This document shows positions 52,843 through 61,791 of a stretch of DNA of 64,000 bases, in pieces (within the stretch, counting starts at the first letter, position 1; each line of letters opens with the position of its first letter). Under the pieces are notes generated by a model. That model was not told where the DNA came from, ran no database searches, and saw only the letters and a program-made list of their open reading frames with translations. A program made the translations under genes and the position numbers. This stretch comes from an uncultured Desulfatitalea sp. (GTDB taxonomy: Bacteria; Desulfobacterota; Desulfobacteria; Desulfobacterales; Desulfosarcinaceae): assembly GCA_963668675.2 (NCBI GenBank), contig CAXXMB010000002.1, positions 256,001-320,000 of the forward strand, read 5' to 3'.

Positions 52843-53646
52843 ATGCCTTACCTGACGATCGATGAACGCAACCATTACTATGAAATTCATGGCAAAGGCC
52901 CTCCCCTGGTCCTGATTTCCGGACTGGGCACCTCACGTCTTTTTTGGTGGAAACAGATCGGACCCCTGCCGGAAAAATATACAACCATCACCCTGGACAA
53001 CCGTGGGATCGGCAACAGTTCACGGGTAAACAAGCCCTTCACCATCGATGACATGGCCGACGATATCGCCGCCATCCTGCAGCACATCGGCACAGGCCCC
53101 TGCCATATCATCGGAACCTCCATGGGCGGTTTTGTAGCCCTGACATTGGCCATTAACTATCCGCTTTCGGTGAACAAATTGATGGTGGTGGCAACGAGTG
53201 CCGGCGGTCCAAACCACCTTCCACCGTACGAGAATATTCTCCAGTTGGCCACCAACACCGATCATGCGGATGTGGAGACCTATACGCGCAATATCCATAT
53301 CGCTATCGCCGGCCCAGGATATATGCAATCCAACCCGCAAGATCTCGAGCATCTGGTTAAAAACGCGACAGAGACCCCTCTGTCGCCGGACACCTACCTC
53401 TATCAGCTCAACGCCATCAACCATTACGATACCAGCGGTGGTGTGGCCTCCAGGCTACATCGCATCCAGGTGCCGACCATGGTGCTGCATGGCATGGCGG
53501 ACCCATTGATCCCTTATGCCAATGGCCGCTATCTGGCCGATCATATCGAAGGGGCTCACCTGCTGAGCTATGACGGTATCGGGCACTTGCCCCCCATCGA
53601 AGCGGCAAAACGATTCAACCAGGATGCCATCGCCTTCTTCGGATAG
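52843..53646 (+). CDS. Alpha/beta fold hydrolase
   Basis: DNRGIG.S, GTSMGG, HG..D.LIP, GHL. Confidence 0.9.
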   Translation: MPYLTIDERNHYYEIHGKGPPLVLISGLGTSRLFWWKQIGPLPEKYTTITLDNRGIGNSSRVNKPFTIDDMADDIAAILQHIGTGPCHIIGTSMGGFVALTLAINYPLSVNKLMVVATSAGGPNHLPPYENILQLATNTDHADVETYTRNIHIAIAGPGYMQSNPQDLEHLVKNATETPLSPDTYLYQLNAINHYDTSGGVASRLHRIQVPTMVLHGMADPLIPYANGRYLADHIEGAHLLSYDGIGHLPPIEAAKRFNQDAIAFFG

Positions 53647-53723
53647 GAGCGGCCACCAGCACCCGTTTACAGGAGAAAAGTGTAGGCCACCATCGAAGCA
53701 GTTCATACACATCCGCCGGCAGG

Positions 53724-54245
53724 ATGTTTTCCATTCTGATCGGAGACACCGACAACTTCAAAAGCATAAACGACTGGAATGACCACGACTCGGGAGACCG
53801 GGTCCTGGTGCGCACCGCCAACCATCTGCGGAAGGCTCTGCGCTCCCAGGATGTCACGGCGCGCCGGGTTGGAGAGAAGTTTCTGTCCCTGCTTCCCGAC
53901 ACCGACCTCAAGGGTGCCACAACACTGGCCGAGCGAATCCGGAGCACGGTTGGCGCCCCCCCTTGCACCTTGACGCAAAAGCCGATATCACTCTTATTAA
54001 ACCGGCAATTAAATAGGCCAACCTTTGTCATCCCGGACTTGATCCGGGATCCAGGAACGGTCTGGATTCCGGTCTGCTCCGGAATGACGATTGCTAAGGT
54101 AATTAATTGCCGGGTTAATAGCATGACGATAGGCGTCAGCACCTACCGCGGAGATGGAAACATTTATACCTGCATCTCTCGGGCAGGCCAGGCGATATAT
54201 CAAGGCAAAGCGACCGGAAAAAATCGGGTTGTAAACGCGGAATAG
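53724..54245 (+). pseudogene. Degenerate GGDEF domain interrupted in frame by a MITE
   Basis: DTDNFKSIND, HDSGD, RVGEKF in place of GGEEF, GKNRV; 42-codon insert. Confidence 0.75.
53995..54120 (+). mobile_element. 126-bp MITE with 21-bp terminal inverted repeats and internal palindromes
   Basis: tattaaaccggcaattaaata ... taattaattgccgggttaata (19/21 inverted match); internal gtcatcccggacttgatccgggatcc...ccggaatgac. Confidence 0.85.
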
Positions 54246-54260
54246 ACCAAAGGCCCCCAA

Positions 54261-54659
54261 ATGGAACCCACCCACGCCGGCGCAGTCTGCTGCCTTTTGA
54301 CCGCGCACCAGATTCAATTTCTCATCGTCTCCTCCTCCACAGGAGAACACTGGGTCCTACCCAAAGGACACATCGAACCCGGAGAGCATACCGAGGCGGC
54401 CGCTCTACGCGAACTAAAGGAGGAGGCCGGCATTGATGGGGAGATCATCAAACCATTGAAGATGAGACCCTTCGATAAGAGAGGAGAAAAAGCCGTTGTC
54501 CAGTACTATCTCGTACAAGCCGTCGATGAGTCGGAAGCGATCGAAAACAGGGTCGTAAGGTGGGTGGAGGAATCCGAGGCTTTGGCGCTGTTATCCTTTG
54601 AAGAGGCACGCCAAGCCCTGTGTGAAGGCGCCCGATTGATCCATCTATCTTTTAGCTGA
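54261..54659 (+). CDS. NUDIX hydrolase
   Basis: LPKGHIEPGE....AALRELKEEAG Nudix box. Confidence 0.9.
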   Translation: MEPTHAGAVCCLLTAHQIQFLIVSSSTGEHWVLPKGHIEPGEHTEAAALRELKEEAGIDGEIIKPLKMRPFDKRGEKAVVQYYLVQAVDESEAIENRVVRWVEESEALALLSFEEARQALCEGARLIHLSFS

Positions 54660-54885
54660 TCTATTTTGTGATTTTGTCGTGGTTATTAAAGATGCCGTTC
54701 ACGCTTCTCCAGGCTACATCGCAACAAACAACATCTTTAAAAAACCCAATGGAGGTGCGGCAGACAGGGAACAGGAGCCCCCATGCGACGATGCTCTCTG
54801 CCTGCCCACCGGCGCACACCATCACAGGCCCTTACCTTTATATCAAGTCTAAATACACTTCCATTGGAATAGATAGTAAACGGAA

Positions 54886-56385
54886 TTACTTCTGAGCAAC
54901 AGGAATGTAAACGGAAAACGTACTCCCTTTGCCAATCTCGCTCTTCACCTCGATATGCCCGTAGTGGGACTCCACTATCTTCTTGACAATGGGCAACCCC
55001 AATCCGGTGCCGATGACGAAACGGGTCTTCTCGTTTTTAGCCCGGAAAAACCGCGTGAATATCTTCTCCAGATCCTCGGCGGCGATGCCGTAACCGGTAT
55101 CGGAAACCTTCATAATGACAAAATCGCCATTGCATTCGGCCGACAACACCACCCGGCCGTTTTCGGGAGTGTAGTTGATCGCATTGGTGATCAGGTTGGA
55201 AAGCACCTCTTCCATGTTCATGCGATTGGCCAGGACCGGGGGCAACTCCGGCAACGAGGTCAACTCAAGGGAGATATTTTTGGCCTGGGCTTTTGACAGG
55301 TGAAAAGCCGCCTGGTCGGCCAGAATCGGCGCCAGTTGGAGATTCTCTTTCTCCATGGTGATCAGGCCGGACTCCATTTTGGCCAGATCGAGCAGTTCGC
55401 TGGAGAGATCGACCAGCGCACTGATCTTGTCGTAAGCACGGGTCAGAATTTCGCGCTGCTTCTCTGTGATTTCGCCAGCCAACTCATCGAGAATGACCTT
55501 GTGCTGCATGAGCACCGAGTTGAGCGGGCCACGGATCTCATGGCTGACCATGGCAACGAACTCCGATTTCATCTGATCCATGCGCTTCAGGGCCGTGATA
55601 TCATGCAGGACGGTGATGGTGCCCAGGTTGCGACCCAATCTATCCCGAAACGGCACACAGCGGACGTCGATGATGCGCTCCTCACCGTCAGACTCCGAAG
55701 TGACCGTAATCTCATCGGTGATTTCGGCGAACTGATCTTCGGGCATGGCCAGCGCCTCTTCTATCATGGCAAGAATCTTTTGATCCGCAACCAGTTCGCC
55801 CACCGGCTTTCCGATTGGGCTGGCACCGCGGAAATTGATAAGATTCATGAAGGCATGATTGGCCAGGGCAACCAGCTGGCAGTTGTCCGTTGCCATGACA
55901 CCTCCGGCCAGATGGTTGATCATTGTACGGACGCGCGACTTTTCGTTGGCAATATCCTCCAGGGTACGAATATGGTCGATGGCCTTGTTGACCACCAGGC
56001 GCAGATCCTGGGGAGAAAACGGTTTGGAGATAAAATCAAAGGCGCCGCTTTTCATGGCGTTGATGGCGTGGTCCAGCGTGGCATAACCGGTAATGACAAT
56101 CACCACAGTGTCCGGATGAAGCTCTCGAATGTGGCCCAAGGCCTCAAGACCGGACATTCCCGGCATCAGCAGATCCAGCAGTACGATGTCGAAATGGCGC
56201 TTTGCTACCATCTCTAGACCCAGATTTGCATTTTCGGCCTGGGCCACATCATACCCCTCGTGGGTGAGCATCTTGGAGCAGACATGGCGTATGCGCTCCT
56301 CGTCATCGACAATCAAGACACTGAGCTTATCAAAATTTTCCAGGCATACATCGCTTGCCAAAGGTGCTTTCTCGTTTGGTGCCAC
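54886..56385 (-). CDS. REC-PAS-histidine kinase
   Basis: N-terminal LIVDDE/LDLLMP; VSHEIRGPL; NLITNAINY; GTGLGL. Confidence 0.92.
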   Translation of the reverse strand: MAPNEKAPLASDVCLENFDKLSVLIVDDEERIRHVCSKMLTHEGYDVAQAENANLGLEMVAKRHFDIVLLDLLMPGMSGLEALGHIRELHPDTVVIVITGYATLDHAINAMKSGAFDFISKPFSPQDLRLVVNKAIDHIRTLEDIANEKSRVRTMINHLAGGVMATDNCQLVALANHAFMNLINFRGASPIGKPVGELVADQKILAMIEEALAMPEDQFAEITDEITVTSESDGEERIIDVRCVPFRDRLGRNLGTITVLHDITALKRMDQMKSEFVAMVSHEIRGPLNSVLMQHKVILDELAGEITEKQREILTRAYDKISALVDLSSELLDLAKMESGLITMEKENLQLAPILADQAAFHLSKAQAKNISLELTSLPELPPVLANRMNMEEVLSNLITNAINYTPENGRVVLSAECNGDFVIMKVSDTGYGIAAEDLEKIFTRFFRAKNEKTRFVIGTGLGLPIVKKIVESHYGHIEVKSEIGKGSTFSVYIPVAQK

Positions 56386-56416
56386 AAGTTTTTTCCTTCG
56401 TCTGAATCGTAAGAGT

Positions 56417-57931
56417 CTATCTATACGGTTCTAAATCCGGATCGAAATCCAGCTCCTGAGCGCTGGCATAGAGTTCAAATTCGATGAGGAAGGTCGTGCC
56501 GGCGCCGCTGGTCTCCTTTACGCGAATATCCCCCCTGTTCTCTTTAACCAGCCCATAGGCGGTGCTCAATCCCAGGCCCGTGCCCTGGTCCGGCGCCTTG
56601 GTGGTATAAAATGGATCGAAAATCTTGGAGAGGTCCTCACTGGCAATGCCGCAACCGGTATCTGCGATCTCCAGATACGCTTTGCCTTCGCCCTTGTTCC
56701 GGTAGGTCCGCAACGTCAACCGGCCGGACGAATTCATGGCGTGGACCGCATTGATCACCAGGTTGATGATCACTTGGCTGATCTGGTTCTTGTCCACATG
56801 CAACAGCATCATCTCATCGGAAAAGTCGCGATCGATCTCTACATTCTGGAACATCTTCGGGTCACGGATCAGATTCAGGCTCTGGTCCACTATCGTGTTG
56901 AGCTGAATGATGTCTTTCATGGGACTGGATTGCCGGCTGTAGGCCAGCAAGTGCTGCACGATATCCCGGCAGCGCTTCACATCCTCGATCACCGCCTCCA
57001 CATCAGCCCGCTCCTCATCCTCCTGGGACATGCCCTCCAGTTTGAGGGTCGCATAAAAGAGGATACCGGTGAGCGGATTGTTGATCTCGTGAGCCACGCC
57101 AGCCGCCAACTGTCCTAATGAGGCCATCTTCTCGGACTGGGCCAACTGGGCCTGGGCCTCCTTGAGTTGCTTTTCGACGGCTATCTTCTCGCGCAAATCG
57201 GTATAGATACCGACAGTGGCAACCTCTTCGTCATCTTCGTAAATGATTGAGGCGGTCAACTCCACAGGAATTTCATCGCCCCGGGCATTGAGAATCGATG
57301 TTTTGATACTCGGCAGCTTGCCTTGCCCCTCCTTGAGGTAGTGCATAATCTGGCTGGCTTGCCCCTCGGGATAGAGCTGGTTTGCGGTGATATGACGAAC
57401 GGCAAAAGGATTGCTATAACCGAACAACGCTTCGGCGGCCGGATTCATCAGCAGAATATGGCCATACCGGTCCGCGGCCACGATGGCAATGGGGGAGCCG
57501 AGAATGACCTTCTCCAAGAACGCTTCAGTCTCTTTGAGGGCCAGTTCAAGGTTCTTCTGGCGGGTGACATCACGGACACTCTCCATGATATAAGCCACTT
57601 CACCATCGTCGTCGAGGATGGGCGAGAAGACCCTGTCCTCGTAGACCCGCTTGCCGGTGAGGGTGGTATGGCGCCTCATAATGGAGGTGCCGCTCTTTTC
57701 ACTGAGCACCTTTGGGAACGGACATACTTCGTTGGGGCAGGCTGCGCTGCCGTAAAACACCTCGTGGCATTGTTTGCCGATGATCTTATCCAACTCGACG
57801 TTGTGTCGCTGCAGGAACACCTGGTTGGCGGTGAGAATCACCTTTTCCGGCGTCAGGATGAGGGTTGGAAACGACAACGAGTCGAATACCCGCAGACGCC
57901 AGTCGAGCTCATCCATTAGCTTCTGATTCAT
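56417..57931 (-). CDS. PAS-PAS histidine kinase
   Basis: GVAHEINNPL, NLVINA, FYTTK..QGTGLGL. Confidence 0.92.
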   Translation of the reverse strand: MNQKLMDELDWRLRVFDSLSFPTLILTPEKVILTANQVFLQRHNVELDKIIGKQCHEVFYGSAACPNEVCPFPKVLSEKSGTSIMRRHTTLTGKRVYEDRVFSPILDDDGEVAYIMESVRDVTRQKNLELALKETEAFLEKVILGSPIAIVAADRYGHILLMNPAAEALFGYSNPFAVRHITANQLYPEGQASQIMHYLKEGQGKLPSIKTSILNARGDEIPVELTASIIYEDDEEVATVGIYTDLREKIAVEKQLKEAQAQLAQSEKMASLGQLAAGVAHEINNPLTGILFYATLKLEGMSQEDEERADVEAVIEDVKRCRDIVQHLLAYSRQSSPMKDIIQLNTIVDQSLNLIRDPKMFQNVEIDRDFSDEMMLLHVDKNQISQVIINLVINAVHAMNSSGRLTLRTYRNKGEGKAYLEIADTGCGIASEDLSKIFDPFYTTKAPDQGTGLGLSTAYGLVKENRGDIRVKETSGAGTTFLIEFELYASAQELDFDPDLEPYR

Positions 57932-57995
57932 CGTTTCGCATCCAGATCCGCTGATTCAAATCGATAGAAGCGCCGACATCCACTCCATCGGGCCC

Positions 57996-58508
57996 CTATG
58001 TATCAACCGTGCGGGGAATTTCGAACGAGGCCGCCAATATCGTCTTTGCCCGCTCTCCCTGCCCGGCCGGCAGAACCAAATAGATGGTCGCCACCGAGCA
58101 GGCCATCGCTAAAAGCGGCACCCTGGCCCTGGAGAGCGGCGCCAAGGCATAATCGAGCACACCATATCGATCGCCATAGTGGGGCCCCTGGAAAAAGAGC
58201 AAATCGACCTTCTCGGCCTCACGCATCTCATCGATGGTGCCAAGATGCGCGTGGCGTTCCAGAAAGGGCTGTACCCTACTCCAATGGTTATCGTCACACA
58301 ACAGAAAAAATTTGACCGATTCCATCTCCCCGGTTTGGGCCCAAACCAGCCGAAAGGCCGGTTCGTGATCCACCATCGACTGCAGGGCCTGACCCCACTT
58401 GCCCATATCGGCCGGCGCGATGCCGATCCGGCACAGGCGCAACCCTTCGACCAGGTTGAATCCGTAAGTTCGAATTCTCGATTCCCAGTAGACGGCGATG
58501 GTCTCCAT
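57996..58508 (-). CDS. Hypothetical protein with aspartokinase-type ACT-like C-terminal domain
   Basis: FQGPHYGDRYG...A...L....VPLLAMACS..TIYLVL...GERAK..L...F. Confidence 0.55.
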   Translation of the reverse strand: METIAVYWESRIRTYGFNLVEGLRLCRIGIAPADMGKWGQALQSMVDHEPAFRLVWAQTGEMESVKFFLLCDDNHWSRVQPFLERHAHLGTIDEMREAEKVDLLFFQGPHYGDRYGVLDYALAPLSRARVPLLAMACSVATIYLVLPAGQGERAKTILAASFEIPRTVDT

Positions 58509-58563
58509 CGTCACCTGTCCATCCCCGGGCTGTTGTGGATCGCCGCATGATCTGCCCGACAGG

Positions 58564-59082
58564 TCATAACGGCCGCCTCTCCTGCCTGACTCTGAAATCG
58601 GACTTGGGAGGCGAAACATTGGCGGGAAGCGCGAAGGTTTCGGTAAGCAGGCGCCCGGCATCCTCCAGACGATCGGAATCGACCACGAAACTGAGGGCGG
58701 CAATCGAAGAGGCCATTCCGTGGACCCTGATGCCGTTCTGGCTGAACACTTGCAGGGCCAACCCCATGAGTTTTAAACTGAAATGGTGCGGATAGAAAGT
58801 GATCACCCCCACGCTGCCGCCAAAGCGCACGCTCCCCGCCAGCTCTTCGCTCCGCTCGATCCACTCAGCGGCCACCGCTTGGTCTTTAGGGTCGATGCAG
58901 CACAATGCCGGCTGTGGATCGATCACGCTGGTCGATGTCATGAAGGCAATGTTGATCTCGGTTTTTGCAAGTAGCCTGCAAAACAGGGAGAGACGGTCAA
59001 CGGTCTGATCCTCTTCGTGAACCCAGATCGCAATCAGGGGTTCGCTCAGTTTCAGGCCGTTGATGGAAGGTTCTTTGGTCAT
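58564..59082 (-). CDS. ACT-domain protein (aspartokinase regulatory-like)
   Basis: LA...INIAFM; ALQVFSQNGI.VHGMASS..ALSFVVD...LEDA...L...F. Confidence 0.65.
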   Translation of the reverse strand: MTKEPSINGLKLSEPLIAIWVHEEDQTVDRLSLFCRLLAKTEINIAFMTSTSVIDPQPALCCIDPKDQAVAAEWIERSEELAGSVRFGGSVGVITFYPHHFSLKLMGLALQVFSQNGIRVHGMASSIAALSFVVDSDRLEDAGRLLTETFALPANVSPPKSDFRVRQERRPL

Positions 59083-59286
59083 ATCAAAGACCAGCCGCAA
59101 TTACGAACGCGGTCGACCGCTGAATGGTTACCCGATGCAGGCACGGCAGGTATACCCTGAAGAACCAGGGGGGAGTTGGTAAAACGGCATATTTCACCGG
59201 CAACCCCGCAATGCGGGGCCGCCGGTGAAGAAAAAGACAAAAAAGATGCCGGGCCTGGTCGTTGATCCTGATCTTTACGGCTGTGA

Positions 59287-59670
59287 TTAAAGACTGTCCT
59301 CGACAATCTCCATCAGCTTGTCCAGATCGATCGGCTTGGGAATAAAATCGTCGGCCAGGGTATTTTTTCCGTCCATGTGGGTGTAGCTTGTGTTGGAGAC
59401 CGCATCGGCCACAGCTGTGAGCAGGACCACCACGATATCCTTGTAGTCGGGATCGTTTTTGATCTCATTGCAGAGCACATACCCATTTTTGCGGGGCATC
59501 ATGACGTCCAGAATGACCAGCGCCGGCCGCTCAGCCTTGATCTTGTCCCAGGCTTCCACGCCGTCATAAGCTTTTGCCACTCGGAACTGGCGGCTCTCCA
59601 GTTTCATGGCAACCGATTCAACCAAATCCGGGTCATCGTCGACCACCAATATCAATTGATTGCTGCTCAT
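59287..59670 (-). CDS. Single-domain response regulator (receiver)
   Basis: ILVVDDD, LDVMMP, LLTA, KP. Confidence 0.92.
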   Translation of the reverse strand: MSSNQLILVVDDDPDLVESVAMKLESRQFRVAKAYDGVEAWDKIKAERPALVILDVMMPRKNGYVLCNEIKNDPDYKDIVVVLLTAVADAVSNTSYTHMDGKNTLADDFIPKPIDLDKLMEIVEDSL

Positions 59671-59730
59671 GTAATAAACCTCCTTAGGCGATGTTTATTA
59701 TTGGCGATAGGCCGGGCCGGTTCAATGACG

Positions 59731-60654
59731 CTATACTTCCGGCCGCGGGTAGAGTCCTGACCGTTCAACGATTTCAGGCACCGCCGATTCCCACTCAATG
59801 GCCATGATGTGAACCCCGGAAACCCCCTCGATATCGAGCACGCGCTTGATGGTCTCCACGCAGATATCGATGCCTTCCTGGGCCTGCTTCTCTTTGGGTG
59901 TCTTGGCCATGCGATCTACCAGTTCGGCAGGTACGTCCATGCCGGGCACCTTGTTTCTCATGTATCTGGCAGCACCCACCGACTTCATTGGGGTGATACC
60001 GGCCATGATGAAGGTCTCTTTGTGCAGACCGCGCTCCCGTACACCTTCCATCCACTTCTCGAACTTGTCAATATTGAAAATGCACTGGGTCTGGATGAAT
60101 TCGGCACCGGCCCTCACCTTTTTGGCCAGACGGGCCACCCGCAGCTCAAAAGGATCGGCAAAGGGGTTGGCCGCCGCGCCGACGAACATCTTGGGGGCTT
60201 CCTTAATATCGGCACCGCCGTGAAACTTGCCCTCGTCACGCATCTTGCGCACCATTTGGATCAACTGAACCGAATCCAAATCAAACACACCCGATGCCAT
60301 GGGATGATCTCCGAACTGCATATGATCACCGGACAAGCATAGCATGGTATTGATGCCATGTGAATACGCGCCGATAATATCTGCCTGCATGGCCAGTCGA
60401 TTGCGGTCCCGGCACACCATCTGCAATACTGGGTGCATCTCCACCTGACGCAAAATCATACTGGCGGCAAAGCTGGACATACGCACCATGGCCGTCTGGT
60501 TATCGGTGATGTTCACGGCGTCCACATAGCCGCGCAGCAGCTCTGCTTTCTCTTTCACCTTGTCCGGCATACAGCCCCTGGGGGGACCGCACTCGCCGGT
60601 GACGCCCACATGGCCTGCTTTCATCACTTTTTCTAATACGCTTTCTGTAGTCAT
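59731..60654 (-). CDS. metF: Methylenetetrahydrofolate reductase MetF
   Basis: ECGPPRG, VNITDN, CRDRNR.A.Q, LSGDH, GAEFIQTQ, GVHIM. Confidence 0.92.
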   Translation of the reverse strand: MTTESVLEKVMKAGHVGVTGECGPPRGCMPDKVKEKAELLRGYVDAVNITDNQTAMVRMSSFAASMILRQVEMHPVLQMVCRDRNRLAMQADIIGAYSHGINTMLCLSGDHMQFGDHPMASGVFDLDSVQLIQMVRKMRDEGKFHGGADIKEAPKMFVGAAANPFADPFELRVARLAKKVRAGAEFIQTQCIFNIDKFEKWMEGVRERGLHKETFIMAGITPMKSVGAARYMRNKVPGMDVPAELVDRMAKTPKEKQAQEGIDICVETIKRVLDIEGVSGVHIMAIEWESAVPEIVERSGLYPRPEV

Positions 60655-61319
60655 TGTGCCAAATCCTCTCTCACAATCTTGCGAGGTCCGCCGCCCCGTT
60701 CCGTGCTCCAATCCTTAGCCTCGATGATCTCTTCGTAACGATCTTCGATACCCAGCTCTTTCATCCGATCCCAAATCAGCTGCCAAACGCAATCGATCTC
60801 GTCACTGACCTCGCATTTGCCGCCGCTGGAACCGCCGCAGGGGCCATTGAGCAGCCGCTTGGAGCAGCGTGCGATCGGGCAGATGCCGCCGGTCAGCCCG
60901 AGCAGGCAGTTGCCGCATCCATGACAACGCTCCGCCCAAACACCCGGGCGTTCCGTCGCACCCATAAACTTGGTATTGACGGCCGGATAGATGCGCTTGT
61001 CCCGGAAGCGCCGCACCACCTCCTGCACGCCGCAGCCGCAGGCCATCGACAAAACGGCGTCGACCTGACCGATAAACGGTGCCAACTGCTCCACGTACTC
61101 CGGATCGCACTGGCGCTCCAGGGTCATCTCCCGAATCTCCAGGGTCTTTCCCCGTTTCATGAAATCCATTTGCAGGGCGGAGGCCAGCATGGCCACCTCC
61201 TTGCGTCCACCGGCCGAACAGACCGTCACGCACTCGTTGCACCCGACCAGGAGGACGCGTCGACAGTCGTCGATGCTGTCGATGATCTCCGCCAAGGGTT
61301 TTCGTTCTGCTGTAATCAT
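60651..61319 (-). CDS. metV: MTHFR small Fe-S/Zn subunit MetV
   Basis: GCNEC..VC, CGCGVQ, CHGCGNC, CPIARCSK.LLNGPCGG. Confidence 0.88.
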   Translation of the reverse strand: MITAERKPLAEIIDSIDDCRRVLLVGCNECVTVCSAGGRKEVAMLASALQMDFMKRGKTLEIREMTLERQCDPEYVEQLAPFIGQVDAVLSMACGCGVQEVVRRFRDKRIYPAVNTKFMGATERPGVWAERCHGCGNCLLGLTGGICPIARCSKRLLNGPCGGSSGGKCEVSDEIDCVWQLIWDRMKELGIEDRYEEIIEAKDWSTERGGGPRKIVREDLAQ

Positions 61320-61344
61320 GATCGTCTACTCTCCTTTATTTGTC

Positions 61345-61791
61345 CTATGCGACCTTGTCCGCGGCAGGTTGTGCCTTCAAAGCAGCACCGACGGGATTGG
61401 GCCCCAAATTTCTAATCTCTTCCGTGAATTCATTGGCGATCTGGGCAAAACGAGTCCCCATGCCGGCCGACATGGTCACCATGGTCAGCCGCTCGGGTTC
61501 GATGCCGATCTCTTCGAGCAGCTTCTGAACGAAGGCGACCCGTTTGGCTGCCTTGGTGTTGCCGTTTTTAAAATGGCAATCGCCGTCCAGGCAACCGGCG
61601 ACCATCACGCCGTCAGCTCCCTTTTCCAGTGCTTTCATCATATGGATCGTATCCACCTTGCCGCTGCAGGGCACCCGGACGATCTTTACATTGGTCGGGT
61701 AGCTGAGGCGCATGGTCCCCGCCATGTCGGCGGCGGTGTATGCGCAGTAGTGGCAGCAGAAGGCCACAATAACGGGTTCAAATTTTTCCAT
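61345..61791 (-). CDS. mvhD: Hydrogenase iron-sulfur subunit MvhD
   Basis: FCCHYCAY.AAD.AG, VPCSGKV, GADGV.VAGC..GDCHF..GN. Confidence 0.92.
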   Translation of the reverse strand: MEKFEPVIVAFCCHYCAYTAADMAGTMRLSYPTNVKIVRVPCSGKVDTIHMMKALEKGADGVMVAGCLDGDCHFKNGNTKAAKRVAFVQKLLEEIGIEPERLTMVTMSAGMGTRFAQIANEFTEEIRNLGPNPVGAALKAQPAADKVA

